Assembly (NCBI GenBank): GCA_044228505.1
Contig: JBGAUT010000033.1
Span: 646-64,645, forward strand
Source: Polyangia bacterium
GTDB taxonomy: Bacteria > Myxococcota_A > Polyangia > Palsa-1104 > JAEUJZ01
Direction of reading: 5' to 3'
DNA: 64,000 nucleotides
Numbering within the stretch: position 1 is the stretch's first letter; every line of letters begins with the position of its first letter. The notes below the pieces were generated by a model. That model was not told where the DNA came from. It saw only the letters and a list, made by a program, of their open reading frames with translations, and did not search any database. Below are positions 1 through 9,775 of the stretch, piece by piece. Made by a program: the position numbers and the translations under genes.

Positions 1-1
1 T

Positions 2-1321
2 CTTTTCGGTATGTAGGCCGCGCAGCACATCGATCAGGTGTCCAGCTCCAAATCGCTGTTCGGTGCGAGCTACGGCACTCAGGGCTTTGCGTCCGAGCTC
101 TGTTCCGTCAAAGGCACGCGGTGGAGACAAGCAGTTGTCGCAGTTTCCACAGCTCTGTGGATGCGCTTCCCCAAAGTAGGCCAGCAGGTTCTGACGTCGA
201 CAAGCAACGCTTTCACACAGTCCAAGCAGAGAACCGAGCTTGCGTTGGCTGAGTCTTTTCCATTCCTCGGTCGCTTCGCTCTGTTCAATCATGCGGCGCT
301 GGCTCACCACATCACCCAAGCCGTACACCATCCATGCTTCGGCTGGCTCGCCATCCCGCCCGGCACGACCGGTTTCTTGATAATAGCTCTCGATGCTCTT
401 GGGTAGATCGATATGGGCAACGAAGCGAACATCGGGCTTGTCGATTCCCATCCCAAACGCGATCGTTGCACAGACCACCAGTCCTTCTTCACGCAGGAAT
501 CGATCTTGATGAAGTTGTCTGGTTTGGGAATCGAGTCCAGCGTGATAGGGAATGGCTGGAATACCTTGTCTACTGAGAAACTCGGCAGTCTCTTCCGTTT
601 TGCGGCGCGACAGGCAGTAGACGATGCCCGCCTCACCCGAATGTCGACCAGCGATGAACTCGAGGAGCTGACGGCGCGCTTCGTGCCGCAAGGTGATCTC
701 ATAACGGATATTGGGACGATCAAAGCTCGAAGCAAACAGCGGGTCTTCGGTAAGCCCTAGCCGCGTCCGGATTTCTTCGCGGGTCAACGGATCTGCCGTT
801 GCGGTGAGCGCAAGCAGCGGCACCTTTTCATGCATGGCCCGGAGCTTGGCAATCTCTAGATAGTCGGGCCGGAAGTCGTGTCCCCACTGGCTGACACAGT
901 GCGCTTCATCTACTGCAATCAGGCTGAGGGATAGTCGCCGCGCAAAGTCGGCAAAAAACTCGGTGTTCAGGGTCTCGGGAGCTACGTATAGCAGATCGAG
1001 CTTACCGGCCAGTGCGGCAGCTCGAATCTGGGACTTTTCGTCGCCACGCAGAGTCGAGTTGTAGACTACCGCACGGACCCCAACCTGTCGTAGGGCCTCT
1101 ACTTGATCGCGCATCAGTGCAATCAGTGGAGAGATCACGAGCGCCATTCCAGAGCGACAGAGTGCGGGCACCTGATAGCATAAACTCTTGCCTCCACCCG
1201 TCGGCATCAGCACCAGAGCGGAGCCTCCCGCGATCACATGATCGATGACCTCGGCTTGACGACCCCGAAAGGACGGATAGCCAAAGATCTCTTGCAGCAC
1301 CGAAAGCGGGTTCCGACTCAT
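2..1321 (-). CDS. recQ: DNA helicase RecQ (3' end runs off the left edge of the window)
   Basis: Manual minus-strand translation from ATG at 1321: [118 protein letters not shown]. Absent from the ORF track because no stop codon lies in the window. Confidence 0.95.
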   Translation of the reverse strand, partial: MSRNPLSVLQEIFGYPSFRGRQAEVIDHVIAGGSALVLMPTGGGKSLCYQVPALCRSGMALVISPLIALMRDQVEALRQVGVRAVVYNSTLRGDEKSQIRAAALAGKLDLLYVAPETLNTEFFADFARRLSLSLIAVDEAHCVSQWGHDFRPDYLEIAKLRAMHEKVPLLALTATADPLTREEIRTRLGLTEDPLFASSFDRPNIRYEITLRHEARRQLLEFIAGRHSGEAGIVYCLSRRKTEETAEFLSRQGIPAIPYHAGLDSQTRQLHQDRFLREEGLVVCATIAFGMGIDKPDVRFVAHIDLPKSIESYYQETGRAGRDGEPAEAWMVYGLGDVVSQRRMIEQSEATEEWKRLSQRKLGSLLGLCESVACRRQNLLAYFGEAHPQSCGNCDNCLSPPRAFDGTELGRKALSAVARTEQRFGAGHLIDVLRGLHTEK

Positions 1322-1380
1322 CCCGATGCATGTAATCACTGCTCTGCGATTTGCACACGCGGAATCGCCTCTGTGAACTG

Positions 1381-2097
1381 CTATTGAAGGTGCTTGTCAA
1401 AGAACCCGAAAATGGTCTCCCATGCCTGATCCGCAACCGCAGGGTTGTATTTGACGTGCAGAAGGGGCTGACTAAGGAAGCTGGCAATCGGGTGGTTGCC
1501 GTTGGTGAGGAAGGCGTGTCCAACCTCCGGAAAGACGTGGGTTTCGACCGGAATGTTCAGAGCCGTCAATCGCTCCTTGAGGACTCCTGCCTTGTCGCGG
1601 AACGGCTTGTCTTTGCCACCGTAGCAGCCAATGACGGGAGCGCAGCCTCGCAGGACTTCAGTCGGTGGAACCTCTCCATAGTTGGTGGAGACCGCTCCCC
1701 AGCCTTTGCCAGCCGCAAGCGCAAAGCCTCCGCCCATGCAAAACCCAATGACACCGACGTGCTCAGGGGTGATTCCTGTCTGTTCACAGAGCCACTTACG
1801 AGTGGCCACAATTTGTTCAATCTGTGGACCCTGACCGCTGGCGATTGCACGGAATGCACGTACCAAACACAGGAACTTGGGCGCACTTGCGAGCAGGTCT
1901 GGTGCGACAGCAGCATAGCCTCTTTCGGCAAAGCGATCCACCACTGCATCGATCTCCGGTTGCCGTCCAAAGATCTCGTGAATTACAACCATGCCACGGC
2001 GAGGATTGGCTGGGAGTCTGGCGTAGATCGGAGTCTTGAGAATCGGTGTTTGTACGGGCAACAGTCCATCGATGGTCTTCACGGTAGGCACGGACAT
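1381..2097 (-). CDS. Dienelactone hydrolase family protein
   Basis: [14 protein letters not shown] nucleophile motif, FPEVGHAF His motif; probable start MSVPTV at 2097. Confidence 0.9.
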   Translation of the reverse strand: MSVPTVKTIDGLLPVQTPILKTPIYARLPANPRRGMVVIHEIFGRQPEIDAVVDRFAERGYAAVAPDLLASAPKFLCLVRAFRAIASGQGPQIEQIVATRKWLCEQTGITPEHVGVIGFCMGGGFALAAGKGWGAVSTNYGEVPPTEVLRGCAPVIGCYGGKDKPFRDKAGVLKERLTALNIPVETHVFPEVGHAFLTNGNHPIASFLSQPLLHVKYNPAVADQAWETIFGFFDKHLQ

Positions 2098-2299
2098 GGG
2101 GGCTCCCTTTGATGCAAACCATGTACGGTGACATGAGTACCGGCCGTTGCGCAATCGACTTTCGCTCGCCAGCATACGTTGGGCTGGATGGAGTGTGAGT
2201 GGGGGAGTCGAAATGCAGAGGGAGTTCGGTAGGGGGCCACCATGGGGAGGGGCTCCATAGGGAGCCCTTGGCGGCTGTGGTGACTACGCGAGGCGTTTG

Positions 2300-3885
2300 T
2301 TAGTTCGTGTAGGCTGCTGGGGTGGTCGTGCCGGTGAGGGCTGCACCGGCCCGGACCTGAATTCTGCCAACTCCACCAGCCCCGCCCGGGTATCCCCCGC
2401 CGCAGCTTCCGGCCGCTCCTCCACTGGCACCGTTTGCGGTCACGCGGTTCGACCCAAGCGAGACAGCGTCCGAGGTCACGATGCGTACCGCGCCGCCAGC
2501 GCCGCCGCCGCCATTGCCCATGCCGCCACCGCCGCCGCCACATGGACCGCTATTGGAGCCGCTACCACCAGCTAAGCCGCTGACGTTGATCGTGCCAGTT
2601 GCCGGATCGACCGTAACGGACTTGCCGAACAGAACGACCATGCCGCCGCCGTTACCACCGGGGCCGGGGTAGGCTCCGTCCTCATCGGGACCTCCTTCAC
2701 CACCGGCGCTACCAAGGAAGATCGACTGGGTCAGGTCCTGGCCGCCCACTGCGGTTCCGGCCACACCACCACCGTGTTGTCCTCCCACCGCGATGCAGGC
2801 CCCAAGGCTGCCGTCCGCGCCAGCGGTACCTACAGATCCATAAGAGCCGCCACCGCCGGCTGCACAGTCCTGACCACGCGTGCCGCCACCGCCGCCGCCG
2901 CCGTTGTTGGCTCCCTTCGACTGTCCGTTGAGCGTTGAGAACGCCGATGGACCCGTTGAGGACTCACCGGTTCGACCGTGGTTGAGCATGCAGCCAGGTG
3001 CGCCGGGGAAGCAGATTCCCGCTACGCCTGCGCCTCGGAATCCCTTGCCTGCCATGGTGAGTGCGCCCGCGATGACCACATCCCCCTTGGCCTGGAACAC
3101 CAGGATTCCGCCTTTCTGGCCGTCCCACGCTGGAGCCGTCAGCGTGCCGGTGCTGGCGACGTTGACGTTGCCATACTGCGGAACCACGATGACCTGTGCA
3201 CCAGCTACATAGTCATACTTGAGCGGAGTCTTGAGCGTCAGCATTGTGCCGCTCACCGAAGCAACCCGGTTCATCTCATGCTGACCCGCACCGGCACCTT
3301 GCGTTTGGTGGATAAAGACGACCTGGTCGGTCGCAAATCCAGCACCGTCCCGAACCGTCAACGTGGTTCCGGTGGCAGCTCCGGTCCCGCTGGTCGCAAC
3401 CGCGTTGATGGTCTTGGTCATGCCAGCGGGTACGGCAAGATCCAGATCACTGCCATTGCCAAGCGCGCAGACCGAGGTCTGTCCCTCAGGAACCGGGCGA
3501 CCACAGGTGTACGGGGCGCAGTCTCCATCAGCAAGGCAGGTTTTACCAACCGCGCATGGGGAGCAGGTTCCGCCGCAGTCCAGATCGCTCTCTGTTCCGT
3601 TCTTGATTCCATCTGTGCAAGACGGAGCGGCGCACTGTCCGCTGACGCAGTTTGCGGAGGTGCAGTCTCCCGCCACGTTGCAGGTCGAGTTCGGATCGCA
3701 TTTGATGCAGGAGCCGCCGCAGTCTTTGTCGCTCTCATCACCATCTTTGATTCCATCGGTGCAGGACGGTGCCGCACAGACGCCTGACGAGCAGACCAGG
3801 CCCGACAAGCAGTCGCTGCTGGTGGTGCACTTGGCCATGGCTTGGCACTTGGTCGAGCACGATCCACCACAGTCCACATCGGACT
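2300..3885 (-). pseudogene. 3' part of a split gene for an exported Cys-rich-repeat/Gly-rich protein
   Basis: ORF starts mid-repeat (GTG read as M in ..SDVDCGGSC). It carries repeats SCTDGIKDGDESDKDCGGSC and SCTDGIKNGTESDLDCGGTC and a long Gly-rich C-terminus. It joins in frame to the fragment at 8903-9071. Confidence 0.85.
3871..3885. repeat. Left copy of 15-bp direct repeat AGTCCACATCGGACT (att-like or target duplication)
   Basis: Identical to 8903-8917; internal dyad AGTCC-N5-GGACT. Confidence 0.9.
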
Positions 3886-4007
3886 GTTTCTTTCGTCGAG
3901 AAGGCCGGGAACGGCTTCCCTGTTATCGATTGAGGAGGTGAGGGAAGTTAGGGAGGCCTTCCGGACCGGCTCTCTGAAACGCGGCGAAGTCTGTCGTGCA
4001 CTGTAAA

Positions 4008-4985
4008 CTAGGTCCAGGATCCGGTCTTTAGGGCGTGGGGCGAGTATTCGCCAAACCGAAATCGCAGCGACAGCGCACCGCGACGCCTCACCATCTGCTC
4101 CACCCGGAATCGCCACAAGCGCTCGGCCCCCTGAAACCGCGAGATCTCATCTCCTTCAAGCACCAACTCGGTTGACCCGGTCAGTTGCAGTAGATCTCCG
4201 CTGCGGAAATCGATGAACAGAAGGCCTGCGCGTGGGTTTACCATCAAGTTGCCGAGCGTATTGAAGTAGCGATTTCCCGCGAAATCCGGAATCGTCAGGA
4301 CTGGACCATCGATGCGGACAAAGCCCGGCTTCCCGCCACGATGAGAGAGATCGACGCCGCGCCGCGCCGGATTCCCATCGACATCGACATAGCTTGCGAT
4401 AAAGAAGGTATCAGCCGCCGCAATCATTCCCCGAGCCGCGTCATCGAGCATCGTCGCCCGCTCCATCGGCGTATCGAGTCCCGGGCGCGACGGCAAGGGC
4501 ACAGAGAGCTCACGCATCTGGATATACTGCGGGCAGTTGCCAAACGCGTGCTCCACCGTCACCGCAAATCCCTCCTGATTCAGCTCGGTCACCGTCCCGT
4601 TTGCTCGATTTCTCCGACGGGTGTGAAGCTCGATACCGAGGATTCCCACGGATGCTCCCGCAGCGAAAGCGTGGCTTACCGGATCAGCACCAGCAGGCCG
4701 CGTGGCAATCCGCAGCGTCGTGGGATCGGGGGAAGAGACAAAGCCCGGCTGACCCTCCAGCACTGTCGCCCAAGGGGCCCCTGATGGATCAACCGCGCCA
4801 ACCAGAAGGAAGGGTAGCTGCGCATAGAACAGTCGATGTTGATCGGGCATGAAGTCTCGGATGACTCGAAAGCCATGGCTCTCCATCTTCTCCGCAACGC
4901 CAAGTCGCTGCTGCAAGATGCGCTCTCCTTTGTGCCAGGGACCAGCAGACACAGAGGTAGGCGGCGTTCGATCGGATTCAGACAT
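4008..4985 (-). CDS. Pyridoxamine 5'-phosphate oxidase-like FMN-binding protein (tandem PNPOx-like domains)
   Basis: WHKGERILQQRLG, MPDQHRLFYAQLPF, HAFGNCPQYIQ, DLSHRGGKPGFV, PDFAGNRYFNTLGNL. Confidence 0.85.
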   Translation of the reverse strand: MSESDRTPPTSVSAGPWHKGERILQQRLGVAEKMESHGFRVIRDFMPDQHRLFYAQLPFLLVGAVDPSGAPWATVLEGQPGFVSSPDPTTLRIATRPAGADPVSHAFAAGASVGILGIELHTRRRNRANGTVTELNQEGFAVTVEHAFGNCPQYIQMRELSVPLPSRPGLDTPMERATMLDDAARGMIAAADTFFIASYVDVDGNPARRGVDLSHRGGKPGFVRIDGPVLTIPDFAGNRYFNTLGNLMVNPRAGLLFIDFRSGDLLQLTGSTELVLEGDEISRFQGAERLWRFRVEQMVRRRGALSLRFRFGEYSPHALKTGSWT

Positions 4986-5056
4986 GGTGGATGCTCCCTT
5001 TACCTAGTGCGGACCCATACGCAGGGTCTCTGTACAGTGGTCTCTGTTCGGTCATA

Positions 5057-5527
5057 CTAACGAACGGAATCCATGCTGCGATCCTCGTGAGGTCGTGGCC
5101 CTGGTGCCGACCAGTGAAACGTGCGCTCCGACTCCGTGATCGCCAAGTCGTTGATGCTGGCCTCTCGCCTTCGCATCAGCCCATCACTTCCAAACTCCCA
5201 CAACTCGTTGCCATAGGCACGAAACCACTGTCCCGTTTGATCATGATACTCGTAGCGGAAGCGCACTGCGATTCGGTGGTCGGTAAAGCTCCACAGTGCT
5301 TTGGCCAATCGATACTCGAGTTCTCTATTCCATTTTTGCTTCAGAAATTCGATGAGCTGCTCTTGCCCTTTCAGGAAAGTACTCCGGTTGCGCCACTCCG
5401 AGTCGTGCGAATAGGAACGAGCCACTCGCGCCGGGTCGCGTGAGTTCCACGCATCTTCGGCTGCTCGAACCTTGGCGAGCGCGGTTTCTTGGGAAAAGGG
5501 AGGCAGGAGCACGGCTGGGGGGGACAT
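5057..5527 (-). CDS. SnoaL/NTF2-like protein (DUF1348 family)
   Basis: [61 protein letters not shown]. Confidence 0.9.
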   Translation of the reverse strand: MSPPAVLLPPFSQETALAKVRAAEDAWNSRDPARVARSYSHDSEWRNRSTFLKGQEQLIEFLKQKWNRELEYRLAKALWSFTDHRIAVRFRYEYHDQTGQWFRAYGNELWEFGSDGLMRRREASINDLAITESERTFHWSAPGPRPHEDRSMDSVR

Positions 5528-5563
5528 CTTGGACTCCGCATCGGGTTAGACCTACGGAGCCAC

Positions 5564-5580
5564 AGCAAGCCCCGCACCAG
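5564..5580 (-). promoter_or_regulatory. Sigma-54 (-24/-12) promoter for the DUF1348/PNPOx-like genes
   Basis: Minus strand CTGGTGCGGGGCTTGCT fits YTGGCACGRNNNTTGCW with GG-N10-GC spacing, 37 bp upstream of the ATG at 5527. Confidence 0.65.
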
Positions 5581-5650
5581 GCGCGAGTCCTCACGTTCCT
5601 TCCGACGAAAGTTTGGACGCTTGAGGCTCACCGAGCGTCCGCTGCCAAAT

Positions 5651-5704
5651 CACGAAGGATCGTGTTCTCACGAAGTTTCGTTGATTTTTTCACGAAAAAT
5701 CGTG
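5651..5704. promoter_or_regulatory. Three palindromic CACGA-N4-TCGT(G/T) sites, putative enhancer (UAS) for the adjacent activator
   Basis: CACGAAGGATCGTG (5651-5664), CACGAAGTTTCGTT (5669-5682), CACGAAAAATCGTG (5691-5704). Confidence 0.65.
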
Positions 5705-5716
5705 GATCATCAACCG

Positions 5717-7321
5717 ATGATGGACTCTCATGAGGCAGGCGGACTTCTGATGGATCCGCGCCGTCTGCTCTTGGATATGGCGCTACAGAGGAATGCCTCC
5801 GAGCTGCTGTGGCTCATCGTGCGGCGGCTTTGCGAAACCTCCCGCGTGGCGATGGCGAGAATCTGGCTGCTTCGTCCGGGACAGGGATGTCCAACTTGCC
5901 CGATGCGGACAGAGTGTCCTTCTCGGACGAGCTGCCTACACCTAGTCGCCAGCGCCGGGAGTTCCATGGTTCATCCGGGCGAGTACTACGCTCGGACAGA
6001 CGGAGCCTTCCGACGCTTCCCACTAGGGATTCGTAAGGTGGGACGGATTGCCGCGACCGGTGAGCCGGTAGAAGCTCCCGATCTGGCCAGTTTGCCCGAT
6101 TGGATCGTACATCCAGAGTGGGTACAGTCCGAGGGAATCAAGGGCTTTGGGGGCCAGCCACTCGTGTCCAGAGGGAACGTGCTCGGTGTGCTCGGGGTCT
6201 TCAGTCGCGTAACCATCGATGCGACGAGTCTCGACTGGCTACGAATGATTGCGGACCACGCAGCGAGTGCGCTGGCCAATGCGCTGGCCTGGGAAGAGAT
6301 CGCGGCGCTCAAGGGGCGGCTGGAACTCGACAACGCCTACCTACAAGAAGAGGTGCGAGGCGGTGGATCGTTTGGGGACATGATCGGAAGGAGCCCGGCG
6401 CTCGATACCGTAAGCCGCCAGATTCAGCTCGTGGCAGAAACGGACGCCACGGTGCTGCTGCAAGGTGAGAGCGGAACCGGAAAGGAACTGGTGGCTCGCG
6501 AGATCCATCGCCGCAGTCACCGCGCTGAGCGACCCCTTATCAAGGTCAACTGTGCCGCGATTCCGCGCGAACTGTTCGACAGTGAGTTCTTCGGTCATAG
6601 CAAAGGAGGATTCACGGGCGCGGTGCGCGATCGCCTTGGCCGCTTTGAACTAGCCGACGGTGGAACTCTGTTCCTGGATGAGATTGCGGAGATTCCCTTC
6701 GACTTGCAGAGCAAGCTACTCAGGGTCCTTCAGGAGGGCGAGCTCACACGAATCGGAGAAGAGAAGACCCGCAAGGTGAACGTCCGCATCATTGCCGCCA
6801 CCCACCGCGACCTGCGAACAGAGAGTGTGGCCGGACGTTTCCGTAGCGATCTCTACTATCGACTGAGTGTCTTCCCGGTTTCGCTCCCACCGCTGCGTCA
6901 GCGTAAGGAAGACATTCCTCTTCTGATAAAGTATTTTCTGGAGCACATTTCTCAACGACTCGGTCGGCCCACTCCCAAACTGACGTCGACCACTCTGGAC
7001 GAGCTTGTGGCGTACGACTGGCCGGGAAACATCCGCGAACTGCAGCATGTGATCGAGCGCGGGATCATCATTTCACAAGGCGGTCGGTTGCAAATCGAAC
7101 TAGCGTCTCCGCAGAAGCTCACCGGGACTCCTAGCCCTGTTCAGGACTCCCCCTCTGCAATCATGACCGACGCGCAACTGCGCACGCTGGAGGCGGCCAA
7201 CATCTCTTTGGCGCTACGACAAACAAGCGGCAAGATCTACGGACCTCGCGGGGCCGCGCAACTCCTCGGTCTGAAGCCGACGACACTGGCATCTCGGATG
7301 AAACGACTCGGCATCAGCTAA
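5717..7321 (+). CDS. GAF-domain sigma-54 enhancer-binding protein (FhlA/NifA-like, Fis-type HTH)
   Basis: N-terminal GAF region, Walker [15 protein letters not shown] (GAFTGA-loop variant), [15 protein letters not shown]-terminal [21 protein letters not shown]; start at ATG 5717. Confidence 0.9.
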   Translation: MMDSHEAGGLLMDPRRLLLDMALQRNASELLWLIVRRLCETSRVAMARIWLLRPGQGCPTCPMRTECPSRTSCLHLVASAGSSMVHPGEYYARTDGAFRRFPLGIRKVGRIAATGEPVEAPDLASLPDWIVHPEWVQSEGIKGFGGQPLVSRGNVLGVLGVFSRVTIDATSLDWLRMIADHAASALANALAWEEIAALKGRLELDNAYLQEEVRGGGSFGDMIGRSPALDTVSRQIQLVAETDATVLLQGESGTGKELVAREIHRRSHRAERPLIKVNCAAIPRELFDSEFFGHSKGGFTGAVRDRLGRFELADGGTLFLDEIAEIPFDLQSKLLRVLQEGELTRIGEEKTRKVNVRIIAATHRDLRTESVAGRFRSDLYYRLSVFPVSLPPLRQRKEDIPLLIKYFLEHISQRLGRPTPKLTSTTLDELVAYDWPGNIRELQHVIERGIIISQGGRLQIELASPQKLTGTPSPVQDSPSAIMTDAQLRTLEAANISLALRQTSGKIYGPRGAAQLLGLKPTTLASRMKRLGIS

Positions 7322-7382
7322 ACCCCACTGCAGAGAGCGTAGAAACGTGGCGCAAAGTCGAGGAAACGCCTTCCTCTGCGCG

Positions 7383-8783
7383 TCAAACAGGAAGAGTCGG
7401 ATCTTCGGTGACCTGCGTGAGGAGTGATTCAAAATCCTTCGAAAGACCGGAGATGGCCGCTGCGTCGAAAAGGTCGGTGCTGTACTCGAAGCATCCGTAT
7501 AGTTCACGGCCGCGTTCACAGAACTGCAACAGCAGATCGCAAGTGGCAAAGTCGTTGTAAAGCGACATGCGATCAAGACTCCAGCCGGCAGGTAGCGGCG
7601 GTGAGGGCGGATCGAGCAGAAAGCTCACATTGAAGAATGGCTCCGCTTTCGGATCGGTGGAATATAGCTGCTGCAACTTGACGAGCGGGACGTCGGGATT
7701 GCTGACCGCCCCGAGTACCTGACTCCGAACGTGCTGGAGAATGTCACGAAAGTTAGCGGATTTGGAGAGATCGACCCGGATGAGAACTTGACTGACAAAG
7801 ACGCCGATGATTCCGCGAAGCTCTGGACGTTCCTGATGGGACAGAGCCGTTTCCACCGCAACGTCGCGCTGTCCAGTTGCGCGGCCAAGCAGCGCCAAAA
7901 ATGCCGCCATCAGTGTCACATACAGCGTGACTCCTTCTTGACTTGCGAGGGCCCGGAGGTTGTCGGTCAGCGCTTCTGAGCAGTGGAACGCATGACGGGC
8001 ATAGGCAGCAAGCCGCTTGTCACCCGGACGTACTTCGTGAACCTGCACCACGCAAGATTTGACCGCAGGATGGGTCAGAAGCGCGGCTTCGATTTCACCG
8101 AGTTCGATGCGCAGTCCACGGAGTTTGATCTGATTGTCTTGCCGACCCAAGAACAACAGGCTGCCATCGGGAAGTTGTCGCCCGATGTCACCACTTCGAT
8201 ACAGACGGGAATCTCCGTCCTTCGCAAATGGATTGGGAATGAATCTCTCTGCATTTAGTTCGGGCTGATGCAAGTAGCCGCGAGCAATTCCGACACCACC
8301 GATGTAGATTTCTCCGCTTTCGCCGATAGGAACCGGATGCATTTGCGCGTCGAGCAAGTACACTTGAACATTTCGGATCGGGTAACCAATGTTGGGAGGC
8401 AACCTGTCAGAAGTGCAGTGGAGCAGTGTTGTGCAAACGGTGGCTTCGGTGGGACCATATTCGTTATAGAGCGCGCCTCTTTTTATCCAGGCCTGTGCGA
8501 TGGGGGCCGGGCATACCTCTCCGCCCACAACGACGGTCGTCAGATCAGGCAGTTGCTTTTCGTTGAGCGCCCCGAGGATTGTGGGCGTCATCGAAGCGAA
8601 ACTGATTCTGGCCACTTTCATGAAGTGCTGAAGCTCGACCGGATCTTGTGCTTGCTCTGTAAGTGGAATGCACAGCGTTGCGCCGCTGCACAGCGCCAAA
8701 AACAGGTCCGATCCGGCTGCGTCAAAGCTGATGGATGCAAGCTGCAGAACTCGGCATCCTGGTTCGATTCGCGCGGTCTGCAT
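7383..8783 (-). pseudogene. Chimeric NRPS remnant (partial adenylation domain fused to the C-terminal half of a condensation domain)
   Basis: A-domain motifs SISFD, NEYGPTEATV, YRSGDIGR, GRQDNQIKLRGLRIELGEIE. No A3 (YTSGSTG), no PCP and no HHxxxDG. Second half resembles a C-domain (VTLYVTLMAAFLALL, IGVFVSQV, FEYSTDLFD). Confidence 0.8.
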
Positions 8784-8902
8784 GCGCTGCTCCGTTCAAT
8801 GTGCTACTCCGCTAGACCACAAGTTGCCGACATAGGAGTGTCCCGCTGACTTCCCGCGGATCATGAGCAAGTCCGTGTCTCGACGGTGAAATTCCGACAG
8901 AT

Positions 8903-8917
8903 AGTCCACATCGGACT
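8903..8917. repeat. Right copy of 15-bp direct repeat AGTCCACATCGGACT
   Basis: Identical to 3871-3885. Confidence 0.9.
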
Positions 8918-9071
8918 CTGTTCCGTTCTTGAGCTTGTCGGTGCAGGTCGGCATGATCGTGCAGTCATTGCCGCTGCCACACTCGGTGGTGTTTGCCTCG
9001 CAAAACGGGAATACAAATCCGGCAATTCCGGCCAGCAAGATCGGATAGAAACGCTTAAGTGTACTCTTCAT
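8903..9071 (-). pseudogene. 5' part of the split Cys/Gly-rich exported-protein gene
   Basis: MKSTLKRFYPILLAGIAGFVFPFC (signal-peptide-like) followed by TCTDKLKNGTESDVD, the first half of the repeat unit whose second half (CGGSC) is at 3870 and below. Confidence 0.85.
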
Positions 9072-9184
9072 AGGTTCCCCCTGTTGCTCAGAGCGCAGTC
9101 GATAGGTGACCGCGCCATAAAGTGTAGAGTAGGGAGCTTGTTTTCGCCTGAAAAAGTACCGATTTCCGTCCGAAAATTATGGAG

Positions 9185-9754
9185 CTAGAGACTATTTGTC
9201 CACGCCGCTTGTGTGGTTACGTATAGGACATGGCGACGCAAAGGATGCCCCTCTGGAAGACGAGGATGCTCGAAGGTACCATCGGTACTGTAGCGAAAGT
9301 CAGGACGAAGACCGATCCGTTGCATGACGCGCAGTGATCGCACATTGGCTGGAACCGTGCAGGCATAGATTTCGTCCAAGCAGAGCTTTGTGAATCCGTA
9401 AGCGAGGGCGGCCCGGGCTGCTTCCGTCGCAATTCCTCGGCCCCAGGTGGCTGGGGCGAGTCGCCATCCGATCTCTACACAAGGGGTGAAGGCAGCGGTC
9501 CAGGTAGGCCGAACCAGACCCACACATCCCACGAAGGACCGCTCACCGGGAATCTCGACGGCCCATAGTCCAAAGCCGTGCTCGACAAAGTGGGCACAGA
9601 TGCGATCCATCAACGCATCACTTTCCGCTCTGGATAAAGTCCCAGGGAGATGCTCACAGACCAGAGGGTCGGAGTTTATCGCAAAAAAATCGTCACGATC
9701 CTCTTCCCGAAGCGGCCGCAGAAGGAGTCGCTGAGTGAGCAACGTACTATCCAT
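9185..9754 (-). CDS. GNAT N-acetyltransferase (RimJ/RimL-like)
   Basis: TQRLLLRP, VEIGWRLAPATWGRGIATEAA, NVRSLRVMQRIG. Confidence 0.9.
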   Translation of the reverse strand: MDSTLLTQRLLLRPLREEDRDDFFAINSDPLVCEHLPGTLSRAESDALMDRICAHFVEHGFGLWAVEIPGERSFVGCVGLVRPTWTAAFTPCVEIGWRLAPATWGRGIATEAARAALAYGFTKLCLDEIYACTVPANVRSLRVMQRIGLRPDFRYSTDGTFEHPRLPEGHPLRRHVLYVTTQAAWTNSL

Positions 9755-9775
9755 GCGCTGCCTACCTACCATATC

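Larger units (their letters stand above)
3886..8917. mobile_element. 5,032-bp inserted segment without a recognisable transposase or integrase
   Basis: Bounded by the 15-bp direct repeat; removal restores a continuous ORF from 9071 to 2300. Confidence 0.75.

Noticed and set aside
2248-2269. Hairpin GGGCTCC-ATAG-GGAGCCC as an intrinsic terminator
   Set aside because: No U-tract on either strand; not supported enough to annotate.
2400-2900. (GCC)n-like runs as a DNA repeat element
   Set aside because: Explained by poly-Gly codons of the Gly-rich protein on the minus strand.
8796-9071. 91-aa ORF as an independent small gene
   Set aside because: Its first 56 codons are the 5' end of the split gene; the remainder is read-through into the inserted DNA.
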